This document shows positions 12,565 through 25,357 of a DNA stretch of 64,000 nt, one piece after another. The DNA comes from Octopus vulgaris. Its lineage: Eukaryota. Location of the stretch: positions 133,920,001 to 133,984,000 of the forward strand of contig OX597815.1 in assembly GCA_951406725.2 (NCBI GenBank), given 5' to 3'. Each line of letters starts with the position of its first letter. Position 1 is the first letter of the stretch. A program made the position numbers and the translations under genes. The notes under the pieces are model-generated. The model saw nothing but the letters and a program-made list of their open reading frames with translations, was not told the DNA's origin and made no database searches.

Positions 12565-13349
12565 CTATTTATTTGCCCTCCACCATCACTTGGCCACTGG
12601 TGTCGGTGTGTTTATGTTCTGTAACTTAACGGTTTGACAAAAGACATCAATAGAATAAGTGCTGGTATCGATTCGTTTGACTAAAATTCTTCAAAGTTGT
12701 GCCCCAGCATGGCCACAATCTAATGACTGAAACAAGTAAACGATAAAAGATTACTCATTGAAAATCTTATGAAAACAAACTCATTCTCTCTTTAGATAAA
12801 CATTACGTAAACCCATTTTAAACAAATATTACGCACTCAAATTCTTCAAACGAATGTTACTCATTCAAGGTTTTATCATAGATTTCATTAACACTCTTCT
12901 GTAAATTTATCTATAAAATCACTCACTATCTTCCTCACAATATTTCATTCTTCTTTTCCTCTTCAGTTCTTTCTTCTTTTCCTACATTCTCTATTGGCTC
13001 AGTTTGCATGGCCGCCAGCTGACCTTGAATGGTAGTTTGATTGTGTGTCATATTTTGATTTGAAATAAAGATCAGCTGTTCATTTAATTAACTCTGCAAG
13101 CTGTTAAACAATAGTTCGTTTATGAGGTCACACATTGTAGAGAGGCATATATTCAAAAGTGCCATTAATATTCTTCTGACATGCTTTTTATCTATTTCTT
13201 CACATTTCCCATACCATTTATGAACAAAATATTATAGACCTATCATTTAAACATAAAATATTTGTTTATAAAACAATGTTTAAATTTCCTTTATTAGAAA
13301 TGTGTTAAAAATCCATTAAAATGTTGATGGAGAAAATGATTACATCCTC

Positions 13350-13391
13350 TGTTTGTGTATGTGTATGTATATATATATATGTGTGTATATA

Positions 13392-13443
<52 letters not shown>

Positions 13444-13757
13444 AAGTGTAAATAAGCTTGTGTATGTGTGTATATATACATAGACACACAGTGTTTATAA
13501 ACATACATACTTATATATATATATATATGTATATCTATAATGTATGTATATACACATATACATACATGTGTGCATATATATATGTGCGTGTGTGTATATA
13601 TATGTATATATATATATAATGTATGTATATATTTATATACACATATACATATGTGTGCATATATATATGTGTGTGTATGTATTTATATATATATATATAT
13701 ATATACACATATAATGTGTGCATGTATATATACACACGTATATATATGTAATGCCTG

Positions 13758-13807
<50 letters not shown>

Positions 13808-13921
13808 ACGCATGTATGTACATACACACATATATATATATACATATATATATGTGCGTATATATATGTACATAAACAAATGTGTACATATATTGTGTGT
13901 GCATGTGTGTGTGTGTGTGTT
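13350..13921. repeat. Compound (TA)n/(CA)n/(TG)n microsatellite tract
   Basis: Seen directly; source of several spurious ORFs. Confidence 0.95.
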
Positions 13922-14059
13922 GATTCCTAAGTTTATTACACATTTTCACAGTTCCTCCATATTTTCCTCTTAATCATTTTTTTTATCACTCTACCTCTTA
14001 AAGGAAATAATAATAATTAAAAAAAAACAAAAAAACATTTGAGAACAGTTGGGTTGATT

Positions 14060-14390
14060 TATAATAATAATAATGAAATTATTGTATACAGTGCTCAGGT
14101 GCACCACAACTTGTCAGAAAGTGCATATAAAGTACATGCAGTAATGTAGAAATGTCTGGAAAGTGAACATGCTTGTGTGTGTATGGAGAGGAGAAAATCA
14201 AGTGTAGTGTTGGCGAATCTCAGGAAACGTGGAAGTTTTGAAGGATGCAGTTCTCCGACAACTAACAACCGATGCCGGCCTTTTTCTTCCACGCTTCAGC
14301 AACTCTCAGCGTGAAAAAATGTTTCCTGAAGTCATGGGAGCTGTGCTGTTTTCTTACTTTGTAAATATGTCCACGGGTGTTAGATGGGTG
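14060..14390 (-). mobile_element. CR1-clade LINE 3' end (5'-truncated)
   Basis: Minus strand translates SNTRGHIYKVRKQHSSHDFRKHFFTLRVAEAW..PASVVSCRRTASFK (CR1 ORF2 C-terminal signature), then a 3' UTR and (ATT)n tail. Confidence 0.8.
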
Positions 14391-14548
14391 TTTGACTAAA
14401 CCTAGCATGGCTGCTGTCCAGTGGCTGAAAAAACAAGTGAAAGGGAGAAACAGCAGAGATTCTACTTTAAGAGAACTAAAAATTATCCTGGTGGTGGTGG
14501 TGTGTGTGTGTGTGTGTGTGTCTGTGTATTATTCCCTAATATTATTAT

Positions 14549-14622
<74 letters not shown>

Positions 14623-14972
14623 TATATATAAGATTCAAGGATCAAGTTGCAGGAAGAATATATAGTTATGGATATGCAAATTTGGGACATCTGATCAGGG
14701 CTCATTTACTTTTGAGCCCAAACAATTTCATTATAGTACATATATATATATACACACACACATATATATATAAGATTCAAGGATCAAGTTGTAGGAAGAA
14801 AGTTAGCTTCAAGCAAACTGTAGTTAAATATAAAAAACAACTTTCAAGAACAATAGTAGTTTGAGATGGAAGGTTGTGGATTTTTTTCTTTTCGTAGTAC
14901 AATAAATTGAAAATAGTTCTTTTTATATTTCACGGTAGGCAACCAGGGTTACCAGGTGTGCAAATAAGAATA

Positions 14973-15337
14973 CAGGAGTTAAGGAATGGAGTAGATAAGA
15001 TCTGGGCTACATATGTTTCATAGCGAGCGGAACCTCGGAAGTGGTAAATATCTGAGCAAGGTGTATACTGCAGGCTGCTCTTCAGGCCAAGAATATCTTG
15101 ATTAAACAAAAGTTTACATTGTTGCAAGGAGGTACATGTGTACACATGAAAGATTCAATTTAGAATATTACCATGTACCTCCTCATGACAGTGTAAACTT
15201 TCATTTATTCAAGATATTCTTGGCTTAAAGAGTAACATGTGGTATACACCTTGCTTGGATATTTACCATTTCCAAGATTCCTCTCACTGTGAAACATATG
15301 TAGCCCAGATCTTATCTACTCCATTCCTTAACTCCTA
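14973..15337. mobile_element. Fold-back MITE (~165-bp arms, ~30-bp spacer, TA flanks)
   Basis: caggagttaaggaatggagtagataagatctgggctacatatgtttca... is the reverse complement of ...tgaaacatatgtagcccagatcttatctactccattccttaactcct; TA on both sides. Confidence 0.85.
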
Positions 15338-15710
15338 TATATGTATGTGTATATATATATATATAAGCCCATGTGCATACATACACACATGTATACAACA
15401 GACTTCTTTCAGTTCCGATTTGTCTACCAAATCCACTCATAAGGCTTTGATCAGCCTGGGGCTATAGTTAAAGACACTTGTCCAAGGTGCCTCATAATGG
15501 GACTTAACCCATGATCATGTGGTTGGGAATAATAAACATAAAAATCAAATGTGAGTTACAATGAGTTTCATGCTTGGATAGTACAGTTATCAGCTGGGTT
15601 TGTACAGCATGCAGTGTACTATACTGCAATTGTTCAGGCTCAAAAGTAGGTGAGCCCTGATCAGATGTCCCAGATTTACATATCCATAACTATATTTGTC
15701 AAAGATGTGA

Positions 15711-16040
15711 AGGTACATGCTCAATGGTTAGAGCGTCAGGCTCACAATCATGAAGTAGTGAGTTCAATTCCTGGGTTAGATTGTGTGTTTGTGTTCTTTT
15801 TATTTCACATTGCTCCAGTTCACTCAGCTGTAGAAATGAGTTGCAACATCTGGTGCCAAGCAGTATCGGCTTTTGCCTTTCCCTGAGATAACATCAGTGG
15901 TGTGGAGAGGGGAGGCTGGTATGCATGGGTGACTGCTGGTTTTCCATAAACAACCTTGCCTGGACTTGTGCCTCGGAGGGGAACTTTCTAGGTGCAATCC
16001 CATGGTCATTCATGACCAAAGGAGGTCTTTATCCTTATCC
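15711..16040 (+). mobile_element. tRNA-derived SINE (third family)
   Basis: A-box gctcaatggttagagc, B-box gagttcaattcc; body and tail shared with 45630-46250. Confidence 0.75.
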
Positions 16041-17103
16041 TATTGTCAAATGTGTCCTTCGCATCGTAAGGCAGAAGGTTATGGTTAGAAAGTAACTTGA
16101 CTGCTATTTCTAGCAGCTAAGCTGTTGCATATCGACTCTCTAGTTGGCTCATCTAAAATGGAACATGGGAGACAGATGGATGAACAAAGAAACTAGTAGA
16201 CATTACATTTAAGGATGTAGTTGAAGTAGATGTAAAAATATTGAACCAGAAGTTGAAAATGTAAAGCAGAATATAGAAGACAGACAGATAGATGGATGGA
16301 GAAACAGGTAGTGAATATGAAAGAATATAGTTAAGATTGAGAGAAAGATAAATAGGCTATTAGTACATCAAATTATTAGCTTGAAGCTATAGGAAAGACA
16401 TAGTCAGCAAGTGGAAACATAAAATGAAGGATGGAGAACTGACAGGATAGACTGCCAACCAGCATGTGAAAGTGCAAGATGAGGTGAGCTAGGGCAGGGG
16501 GATGGCGTAGTAATCTTTTCAGTTTTAGGATAAGTATATTAAATAATCTTCCTGAAATTCCATAAAGTAAGCACTAAAAACAACATCTACTTGTGTTTCC
16601 AACTGGAAGATTCCACAGATTGTGTGTGCATTGAACAGTAATTCACTCTGACAAGTGCCTTTGTTCCGAAAGCTTTTCTCCCTTTGTCTAATGGTTAATT
16701 TTAACTTCACGGATAACATTTTCCATCCTGTTAATGGTATATAACTTCACTGTTGTTGAATGGAAAATCTCTCATTTAGGAAAATGCTATGGTTTAATTT
16801 TTAATGCCAGAGCCTAAAACTTTATTGAAAGAAAGACAGAAAATGGAAGAAGAAAGAAAGAACCTAACCAACACTTCAGCTTTAATAATATATTCATCAT
16901 ATTTCGGCATAATTGATCAGCCACCCACTTCCTTCACTCCCTCTATATCCTTTGAATAACATTCTTTATCAAAACTAAAATAACAATCAAACAATAAATA
17001 AATGTGCAACACCCCATCTCTTCCCTCTGAAAACTCATAAAAACATAAAAGAAAATATCAACAAATGCAACAAACAGCCACAAAAACATTTCTTTCTCTC
17101 AGC

Positions 17104-17134
<31 letters not shown>

Positions 17135-17403
17135 GGTGTATATAGATAGATATAAAATATCTTTTTTAAAGTTTCTATCAATAGATCAGGTTTGAGAAAT
17201 ATTAAGCAAGAATGGTCTTATAGTAGACAAACCAACCATTCCACAAGTAGAGAATCAACATATTGTAAGCAGTAATTTGTTTAAGTAACTATTTTCACAC
17301 TTCTCTGGATAGTAAAGTTGTTGCATTTTGTACATTGTGTGTGTGTGTGTATGTGCTTCTATTTTTCATTTCATTATTTCTGTTTCATTTCTTTTTTTTT
17401 GAC

Positions 17404-17484
17404 ATGAATTTTGAAAGGGTCTACTACTCCCCCACTTCTGAAATTGTTGATCCTGATGGTGTTGATATTTTTGGGGAAGATAAA
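17404..17484 (+). CDS. Candidate coding exon MNFERVYYSPTSEIVDPDGVDIFGEDK (unidentified gene)
   Basis: ATG-led 27-codon frame in non-repetitive DNA, ending in phase 0 at AAA|gtaagc. No homolog recognised. Confidence 0.3.
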
Positions 17485-18242
17485 GTAAGCGTATAACATT
17501 TCCCTGCATATACTGTAGGTGTTGTTGAGATACGGCAGGAGATGAGTGGTGTGGAGGTTTCAGAAAACAGAGTTGATGGTGTGGTGAGGGGCATGATTGT
17601 TAAGCCTGACTGGACTGTTCTGGAGACAGCAGTGGTGGCAGTGATGCTATGTTGAGATGAGATTTAAATAAATATGAGGAATGATAGTAAACAGGAAATG
17701 ATGGCTATGTGATTAATATTTGAACCTGAAAACTGGCAGTCGAGTCATCTAGTACTGCATATTACCTTAGATATATACATATATTTATTTCAAGCAAAAC
17801 TCAGTTCTGGTGCTTAAGGGCTTTCTGCTTATCTTTTACTAAATATGTTTTATCAAACAGAATGAAGCTAAGCTAAGGTAACTTCCTTTACAACAACGAG
17901 TCTTCCTCTTTATGAGGCTGGTTCCAGTATTCTTTAACTCAATAATTCCACTTATATTTATATATATATATATAATTCTAAATTTGGGTATACACCTGGT
18001 AGTATGCCGTTTCAAGCACGTTCCCTGCATTTGGCTACCTGATATCATCAACAGTGTGGATATGAAGTACCTTTAGATACATCACCTGTTGAGGTATATC
18101 TGCTCTGAATGATGCACCACAACTAATTGTGCAGAACCTTACCTGTGAAGGACTGATACAAGAGGAGTCAAAACGATTGTAGTGATTAATAAAGAATCTT
18201 GTGAATTCCATTTTCTCTTTCTTTCATTTTATATAAATGTAC

Positions 18243-18298
<56 letters not shown>

Positions 18299-18784
18299 TG
18301 AATATCGACAGCTGTCTGCAATGTATATATATGAGAGAGAGAGAACCTTTATATGCAGACACATATGCGCACATCATTATCATCATCATAGTTTTAATGA
18401 CCACTTTTCCATACTTGCATCGGTCAGATGAAAATTTGGTGAGGCAGATTTCTTTATGGCTTGTTGCTCTTTCTGTCACATGTGCACATGCACACACACA
18501 CACACGCATCTTCCTACATCTCCCTCTTCACAGGTTCCACCTATTTTGTGTACTTGGTACTTCTTTATGCAACTGTCACTCTCTATATGCATCACATGCC
18601 CAAACTAGTTTTATCCAGTTTTTCTCACAATTCATTTGTGCTCTGTCATCATTCATGCATGCAAACATTACACTCCTTGCAGACATGCTCAATTCATTTC
18701 TTTATAGTCTTTGGAAATCTTCTGCATTCGAGGTCCAGTTTCACTACTGTGCAGCATTTCACTTAATATGCAAACATAATTTGT

Positions 18785-18997
18785 TTTCAAATTTTGGCAC
18801 AAGGCCAGCAACTTTAGGGGAAGGGCAGGCCAATTGCATTGACTCCAGTATTCAACTGGTACTTATTTTATTGACCCTGAAAGGATGAGAGGCAAGTCGA
18901 CTTCGGTGGAATTTGAACTCAGAATGTAAAGACGGATGACATGCCACTAAGCGTTTTGCCCAACTTGTTGCCCTAGTAAATCTGCCAGCTTGCTGCC
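18785..18997 (-). mobile_element. Meta/MESC-like tRNA SINE
   Basis: actggtacttattttattgaccctgaaaggatga...ggaatttgaactcagaa. Confidence 0.75.
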
Positions 18998-19199
18998 CTA
19001 TACAACCATATAATTGACAAGCATTTAATATGCAAAGAGAAACCTTTGCCACCTACAGAAGTAATAAGTCCCTGAACTTTTTCCACCCTGGCTTTCATGC
19101 TTTTGGAATACTCTCCTCCACTGCTAATTAGGCCACCTAAACAACAAAAGCTTTGAACTACTTCTTAGAGTCTTCTGAGCATTTGAGGGAATTTATTCA

Positions 19200-19900
19200 C
19201 ATATGTTTCAACTACTAACTAATCTTGTGCATCTACCACTTATAAAATCAACCTTCACTGCATGTAATCCCAATACACTTCCCATGCAGCCATAGGTACA
19301 TTTATATGGAATTTCTATCTTACTTCTTTTCAGCATACAGAACACAATCATTTCCCTAATGACTTCTTTCCCTCTTATTAAAAGTTTAATGTTTGCTAAG
19401 TTTATTTTGAGGCCTTTTAATTGTGGGCTTTGCTTCCATGTCTGAAATGTCTTCTCTAAATATTCTGTAGACTCAGTTATAAGAACTAGGTCATCAGCAT
19501 ACAAGAATTCTCATGAACAACTGGCCTTTAACCCTTTAGCATTCAAACTGGCCATATCCGGCCAAAATATTGAACCTGTTTTATATTGAAACTGACCAGA
19601 TCTCGCCTCTCACCTCAGCCCTGCCATGTTGTTCTAAAACTAAAAAATCACATTACGGAAATCTCTAAACTACAAGATAATGCAAGATTAATTCAAACCA
19701 TTTTAAATAAACAAACAACACATTTGACAGAATAATCTGAACACTAAAGGGTTAAACTCCTCTGTTGTAACCTAGAAGAGTATAATAAACAAGAGGCAGC
19801 TGTGAATTGAACCCTAATGGAATGCTAAATACTATCATTGATCTCACTGTCACTGTACTTCTGTAGATGGCTTATATGGCCTCACAAACCATTCGTCTAC
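19200..19900 (-). mobile_element. RTE-clade LINE reverse transcriptase fragment
   Basis: LYADDLVLITES...WKQS..LKGLKINL (ORF 19208-19504), with upstream QGSIHSCLLFII..TTEEFK remnants; interrupted by a TTAA MITE. Confidence 0.8.
19532..19751. mobile_element. piggyBac-type MITE with TTAA TSD
   Basis: TTAA-ccctttagcattca ... tgaacactaaaggg-TTAA. Confidence 0.88.
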
Positions 19901-20939
19901 TAGATTCTTTGTCTACCAGGCTACAAAGGAATGAACTTTGTCAAAGGAAATCTGCAGGTCAATGGCTGTTAAGGATCAGGATTTGCCCTTACCTATATAC
20001 TTCTGCTGTTGCATCTGTGGGAAGATGGCATTATTATTATATCTTCCTGATACAAAGCTGAACCACATCGTATCAAAACTAATTGTGACATAACTCTTTC
20101 TGTAACATGGGTCATCAGTTTGATGCTTCTGTAGTTGTTTTCTTCTAGTGCACCTTCTTTGGCCTTGTAGGTTGGTCAACACATACAGGATCCATGGCCT
20201 TTACAGGGTCGCAGTAAAGTTGGTGAAAGCACTGCAAGTTGACATGCACAGGAAAACATGGGTAGTGAGGGAATTCCATTAGATTGACATTAGGAACATA
20301 AGGAAGGTTTGGCTGTAATAGTTCATGGGAGTCATAGTAGGAGTGGCAAGAAGGGGAGAGATAAGTGTATTGAGTGGAGGTGGTATGCAACTAGCTGTTT
20401 CCCAGAAGCCAGTGTCATAGTAGCTGTAGAGTAGATAGCATTTATACACACATGTATGTATGTATATCTATCTACATATACACATATACATACATAATTC
20501 GTGTGTGTGTGTATACATACATACATACATACACACATATACACACACACACACGCACACACACACACTTGTACATACTTGTGTTTGTGCGTGTGTGTAG
20601 CTCTTTAATGGATACTTTTGAAATCTTAGAGAAGAAAAGAAATATGTATTTTTTTTCATGGAATATTCCATGGTTCTAACATATGGCTTTGAATCCTAGC
20701 TTTTCATTCTTTTCCCTTTTTCCCTTATCAGTATGTATGTCTACCACACTCTCTCTCTTCCTCTATCTCCTCCCCTTGCCTCTCACTCTCTCTTGATGGA
20801 AAAGCCAGTCCCTTACTTATCTTGTATTTTGATCTGGTTTGGTTGCAATTTAGAAATTTGTCCTAGATTTTACAAGATATTGTATATTAGGAATATTTTA
20901 GTTGAAAAAAAGATTTTTTCTTGCTCAATCAGCAAAATG

Positions 20940-21160
20940 GCCTACTACTACTACTACCATCACAACCACTACTACCACCAACACCACTACCATCACAACC
21001 AACACCATTTCTACTGCTACCACCACAACCATTATTACCAGCACCATCACAACCACTACTACCACCACCAACACAACCAACACCATTCCTACTGCTTGTT
21101 GCTGCTGCTGCTGCTACTACTGCTACCACCACCAACACTACTACTACTAATACTACTACA
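20940..21160. repeat. Degenerate (ACC/ACT/GCT)n trinucleotide tract
   Basis: Seen directly. Confidence 0.9.
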
Positions 21161-21469
21161 TGATACAAAATTCTAGTGAAGTAATACAGAGTTAGTTGTC
21201 CACTTCATATTTATTGATTTTGAAATGATTCATTGATAGATTGATTTGTTTTCATAAATCTGAGTAGGAATCATCGGAAAACCGTTTTTGGCATGTTCTT
21301 AGATAATAACAACACAGATATTATCCATCGCTTCTCAAGTAATTGCAATCTTCCACTTTTCATAAAATAAAATCATCTACCCACCACCGTCACCTTCCCC
21401 AAATTCAATTCCTCTTGTCAATATATCACAGATTTGACATTTGTAAATATGACCACCATCAAAGTATAT

Positions 21470-21805
21470 ATCTCATTATCATCATCATCCAACTCATCAT
21501 CATCAGCATCATCATCATGCTCATTATCATCCTCATTGTCATTATTGTCATGTTCATTATTATCATCATCATCATGATCATCATCCTCATACTCATCCTT
21601 ATTGTACTTTTCATCGTTACCATCATTATTGAACTCATTGTCATCATCATCATCATTATTGTAGTGATCATCATCGTTCTCATCATCATCATCTTCATAT
21701 ACTTCATCATCATGATGCTTATCATCATCATGCTCATCTTCATCATCATTATCTTGCTTATTATTATCATCATCATTCTCTTCATCATCATCATTGTCAT
21801 CAGTA
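21470..21805. repeat. Degenerate (ATC)n trinucleotide tract
   Basis: Seen directly; produces poly-I and poly-M pseudo-ORFs. Confidence 0.92.
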
Positions 21806-22121
21806 TTAATGCTAACAACATAGCCAACATTTATATCCTAAGAATGTTTTAATATTTCATATGGAGGTGAAATGCTGAATAAGAGAAGGCACTGTCTATA
21901 TCTTTTGCAGGTTTTACCAGAGATATTAGGTTATGTTCTTTAGACCTGTCCATTTATACTATGCAAAACTATGGTCAAAGACTTTCTGGCTTGTTCATCC
22001 TGACTTTTTTCTGGCAGTGTATCTAAGATTACATCAACAAATATACCCTTTTTAAAATGTCTGTATAGTGTAATTTGAAGGTTTGGTAGCTATTTTTAGC
22101 ATATTTAGTTACTGTGTAAGG

Positions 22122-22376
22122 CAGTAATTCTCAACCATTATTTTGTCTTTGGACACCCCCCTCTTTCATTTCTGTTTTACTCTAATGGACCGCCATAGCC
22201 ATTCAGTGTATATAGAAAAAAACAATCTTGCTGTATTTTTATAATTAAATATTATTAGGAATTGCATTTTAAAGATGTATTGTAGAAGTGCAAGCAATTT
22301 ATTGCACATAAATTTTAACAACAAAGTCTGATATGTACCCCAAGGGTTATGTGGACCCCAGTTCTGAAACACTTGT
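22122..22376. mobile_element. Degenerate hAT (Charlie-like) MITE
   Basis: Left TIR cagtaattctcaacc, repeated ggaccc subterminal motifs, decayed right end agttctgaaacacttg; related to 27155-27948. Confidence 0.55.
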
Positions 22377-24151
22377 ATAAGAGGTTTCCTTGTTATCCAT
22401 GAGGTTGATGCAGTTGGTGTTCATCTTAAACTTCTTTGAAATGATGTCTGTAAAGAAAATATGTCTATAGATGAGCCCATAATGGCACCTCTTTGTGGTT
22501 CCTTGACCTAAGAGAAACATCCAACTAATCTCCCTTGATTTCACCACTTCCCATCTGTGTTTTTCATTTTAATATCTACTTATCTATGCTTACATATGTT
22601 AGAAGTTTGTTGAAATAGATTTTCCGTAGCTGGATGCTTTTCCTGTCATCAACCTTCACTTGTTTCCGAACAAAGTAATGTTTTCACCCCAAGTTCAAAC
22701 ATGTTTTCACAGAAGGTTGGAAAGAAATGATTCTGCTTGTCTGATAGTGATGTTTATTTACAATTGACACATGATACCAAGACAAGAAGACACACACACA
22801 TACAACACTATCTTAAAAGCAAAAAAGGACACTTTGGATAATGTAGTCCTAAATATATTATACCTGAAGAAAAAGATTAGATGTTCAAGCTTGAAATGCT
22901 TTTGAATATAGATCTGCTCTATCAGGATTGACCTATGTCCTCTCTGAGGTTAAGATTCATTTTTCATCTACTTCACATTTTACAAACAGGAGTTGAGTGA
23001 TCTGTGGCTCTTTAGACTGAAGAAGATGTAGATTCAACCAAAGACAAATAGTGAATAAATTGATAAAGATTGTTCTATTTTTATAAATACAGAATGGGAG
23101 TATGTATTCTCTACTTGCCGACTTGCAAAATAGATTAGCTGTGGCAATCTCAAGTGTCAAAATAAAGTTATTGATACAAAAGGGCTTCAGTTTTGGAAGA
23201 AAGAAATGTTACTTGAAATATGGTGAAACATTCTAGAATGTAGCATTCTACAAGAAGATGATGGAGTAATGTGTGAGTGTGTGTGAATGTGTGTGTGAGT
23301 GTGTGTGTGTGTGTGTGTATGCACACACGTAGATACATGTATGATGTGACAATCTAGCTAATACATACTTTCAGTAGAGTTGGAAAGTGAGCTAGAAAGT
23401 AATGAAATTATATTTTCAATGTAGAATAAATACTCTGTGTGTTTAATGATTTATACTTCAAGTTTGTTGTGGAGTCATGTTCTCTTGCAGTTACATATTT
23501 AGGAGGGGTTGTTGGCTTGAGTGTGTCACCAATCTGAGACTATAAGGCTGCTGGCTGTATAGACCATTATTATTGCTACCAGCAATTAGGCATGCTTGTT
23601 GATATAGCAGCATAGTAATCACTGAATTATTAATGAGAATTTAATTAAATTAATCCAAACATCAAGTATATTCATGAGCATAATTTCACATTGTTGGCAC
23701 ACACTTTATCAGGAGAGATTCACTACAAGATCCTTAAATTTTTAAGTGAATGACTACACGTTGTCTCTTAAAAATATCAACCGTGTACATAGTTTTAAAA
23801 GAAATCAATAAACACTGTAGTTCCATAAAGACTATTCTGTAAAGTAGTATGTATTTCCAGTGAAGTGAGTTTTATTTTATGGCTTCACTTCATTCCATTG
23901 ATTATGGCCTTAGGATAAGGATAAACATCATATACTCTCACTTTCCACCCCTTCTAAATTTAAGTCCATCTACCAATTTAATGATTCAACATTTCTTGGC
24001 CTTGTACTAAAAAGAATACATTCTAAATTCCATTGTTTAATGGAAGAAATACATAAACATACCATCAGATTTATGTTTTTATTTCATCACTGTTTCTTTC
24101 TCTCTTTCTCACTCTGTCTCTCTCCTCTTTTTATTCTCCCCACTTTGTCAC

Positions 24152-24184
<33 letters not shown>

Positions 24185-24884
24185 TATATACACACATACA
24201 TACACACACATATACATACATACGCATACATATTTTGCATTCTCTCTGTCATCAGATAGAGCAGTAAGTGAGGAAACTCAAACTAATGGCAAAAAAAGCT
24301 TATTGCTTTGAGCAAATGAATACCTTCTTTGACATGCTTTGAGCACTTTTTTTCTTCCACTGTGTGTGTAGTCAACATAATAATTAGAAATGGGAAGCAC
24401 AGAGTAGTGACAGTGAAGCCTCATCTTTGAATAAACTAAGATTTGCTACATGTACAAGCAAATGTGTGTGTATGTATGTATGTATGTATAGATAGATAGA
24501 TAGATAGACAGGCAGGCAGACAGACAGACATATATTGTTTTTTAACTCCAACTTAACTCTGATCATACAGATCTATGATCAAAGAAAAATTGTATGTAGG
24601 ACTTCAGTATCCAATGTGCCTTCCCCTTCTTTTAAGACAGTAAGTGATATGAGAGTTATTTGGCTGCTATTTTTAACAGTTCCTACCACTGCATAGAGAC
24701 TTCCTCATTGGCTCACATTCATACAGTCATACATACATATTTAAATGCACACGCTAAACGATGATGATGATGATGATGACACACACACACACACACACAT
24801 TTTGTTATGATTTATTTCTGTATCAATTCTCTGTTTATTTCTTTGATCTAATTTCTAATTGTTGAATGTTTGTTCCTCTTTCAG

Positions 24885-24972
24885 AAATATCTAGCTGTTA
24901 GAATATTGTGGAAGAAGAAAGAAAATTCCTGTTTCTTTAGATGAAAGCGCCAGAAAACCAAAGATGACGTTG
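24885..24972 (+). other. Candidate exon (88 nt, or 78 nt from the alternative AG at 24893-24894)
   Basis: Acceptor tgtttgttcctctttcag, purine-rich body, donor TTG|gtaaat; the 78-nt form reads LLEYCGRRKKIPVSLDESARKPKMTL. Confidence 0.35.
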
Positions 24973-25294
24973 GTAAATGACAGTTGCCATAAAAGGCTCC
25001 GGGATATCCAGGAGAAATTTCACATGTAAATATGAACAACTTTTATTGATGTTAAATCAGACTTTGTTTTTTTTTTCTTTTAAAGAAGGCATTTTGCATC
25101 TTTTACTGGTTTCTGTTGTTGAACTGTCAGTATGCTGGGGTCCCACCTTGAAAGGGTTTTTACTTGAACAAATCATTCCTAGTACTTTTTTTTAAAAAAA
25201 CTGGTGCATACTCTTTTGGCAGCTGGGGAAGTTACAGGGACATAAACAAACCAATACTTGTTGTTAAGCAGTGGTGGGCAACAAACAAAGACAT

Positions 25295-25357
<63 letters not shown>

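Larger units (their letters stand above)
10668..12751 (+). mobile_element. CORE-type tRNA SINE split by mariner and Helitron insertions
   Basis: Head at 10668-10805 (gtggctgtagg...ggttcagccccactg...ccttgagcaagtgtctt) and tail at 12545-12751 (...ccagcatggccacaatctaatgactgaaacaagtaaa) match the two halves of the intact copy at 27403-27825. Confidence 0.8.

Noticed and set aside
13535-13949. Cluster of overlapping Y/I/H/C/V-rich ORFs
   Set aside because: Alternating purine-pyrimidine microsatellite lacking stops.
18100-18180. Two further hammerhead-like motifs (ctgaatga..gaac; ctgtgaaggact..agtcaaaacg)
   Set aside because: Catalytic core positions are mismatched and no stem I is evident.
20733-21176. 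His-, Thr- or Pro-rich ORFs with an apparent PSQPLLPP repeat
   Set aside because: Degenerate trinucleotide tract open in several frames; no splice or composition evidence.
21343-21852. Hydrophobic poly-Ile and antisense poly-Met ORFs
   Set aside because: (ATC)n microsatellite artefact.
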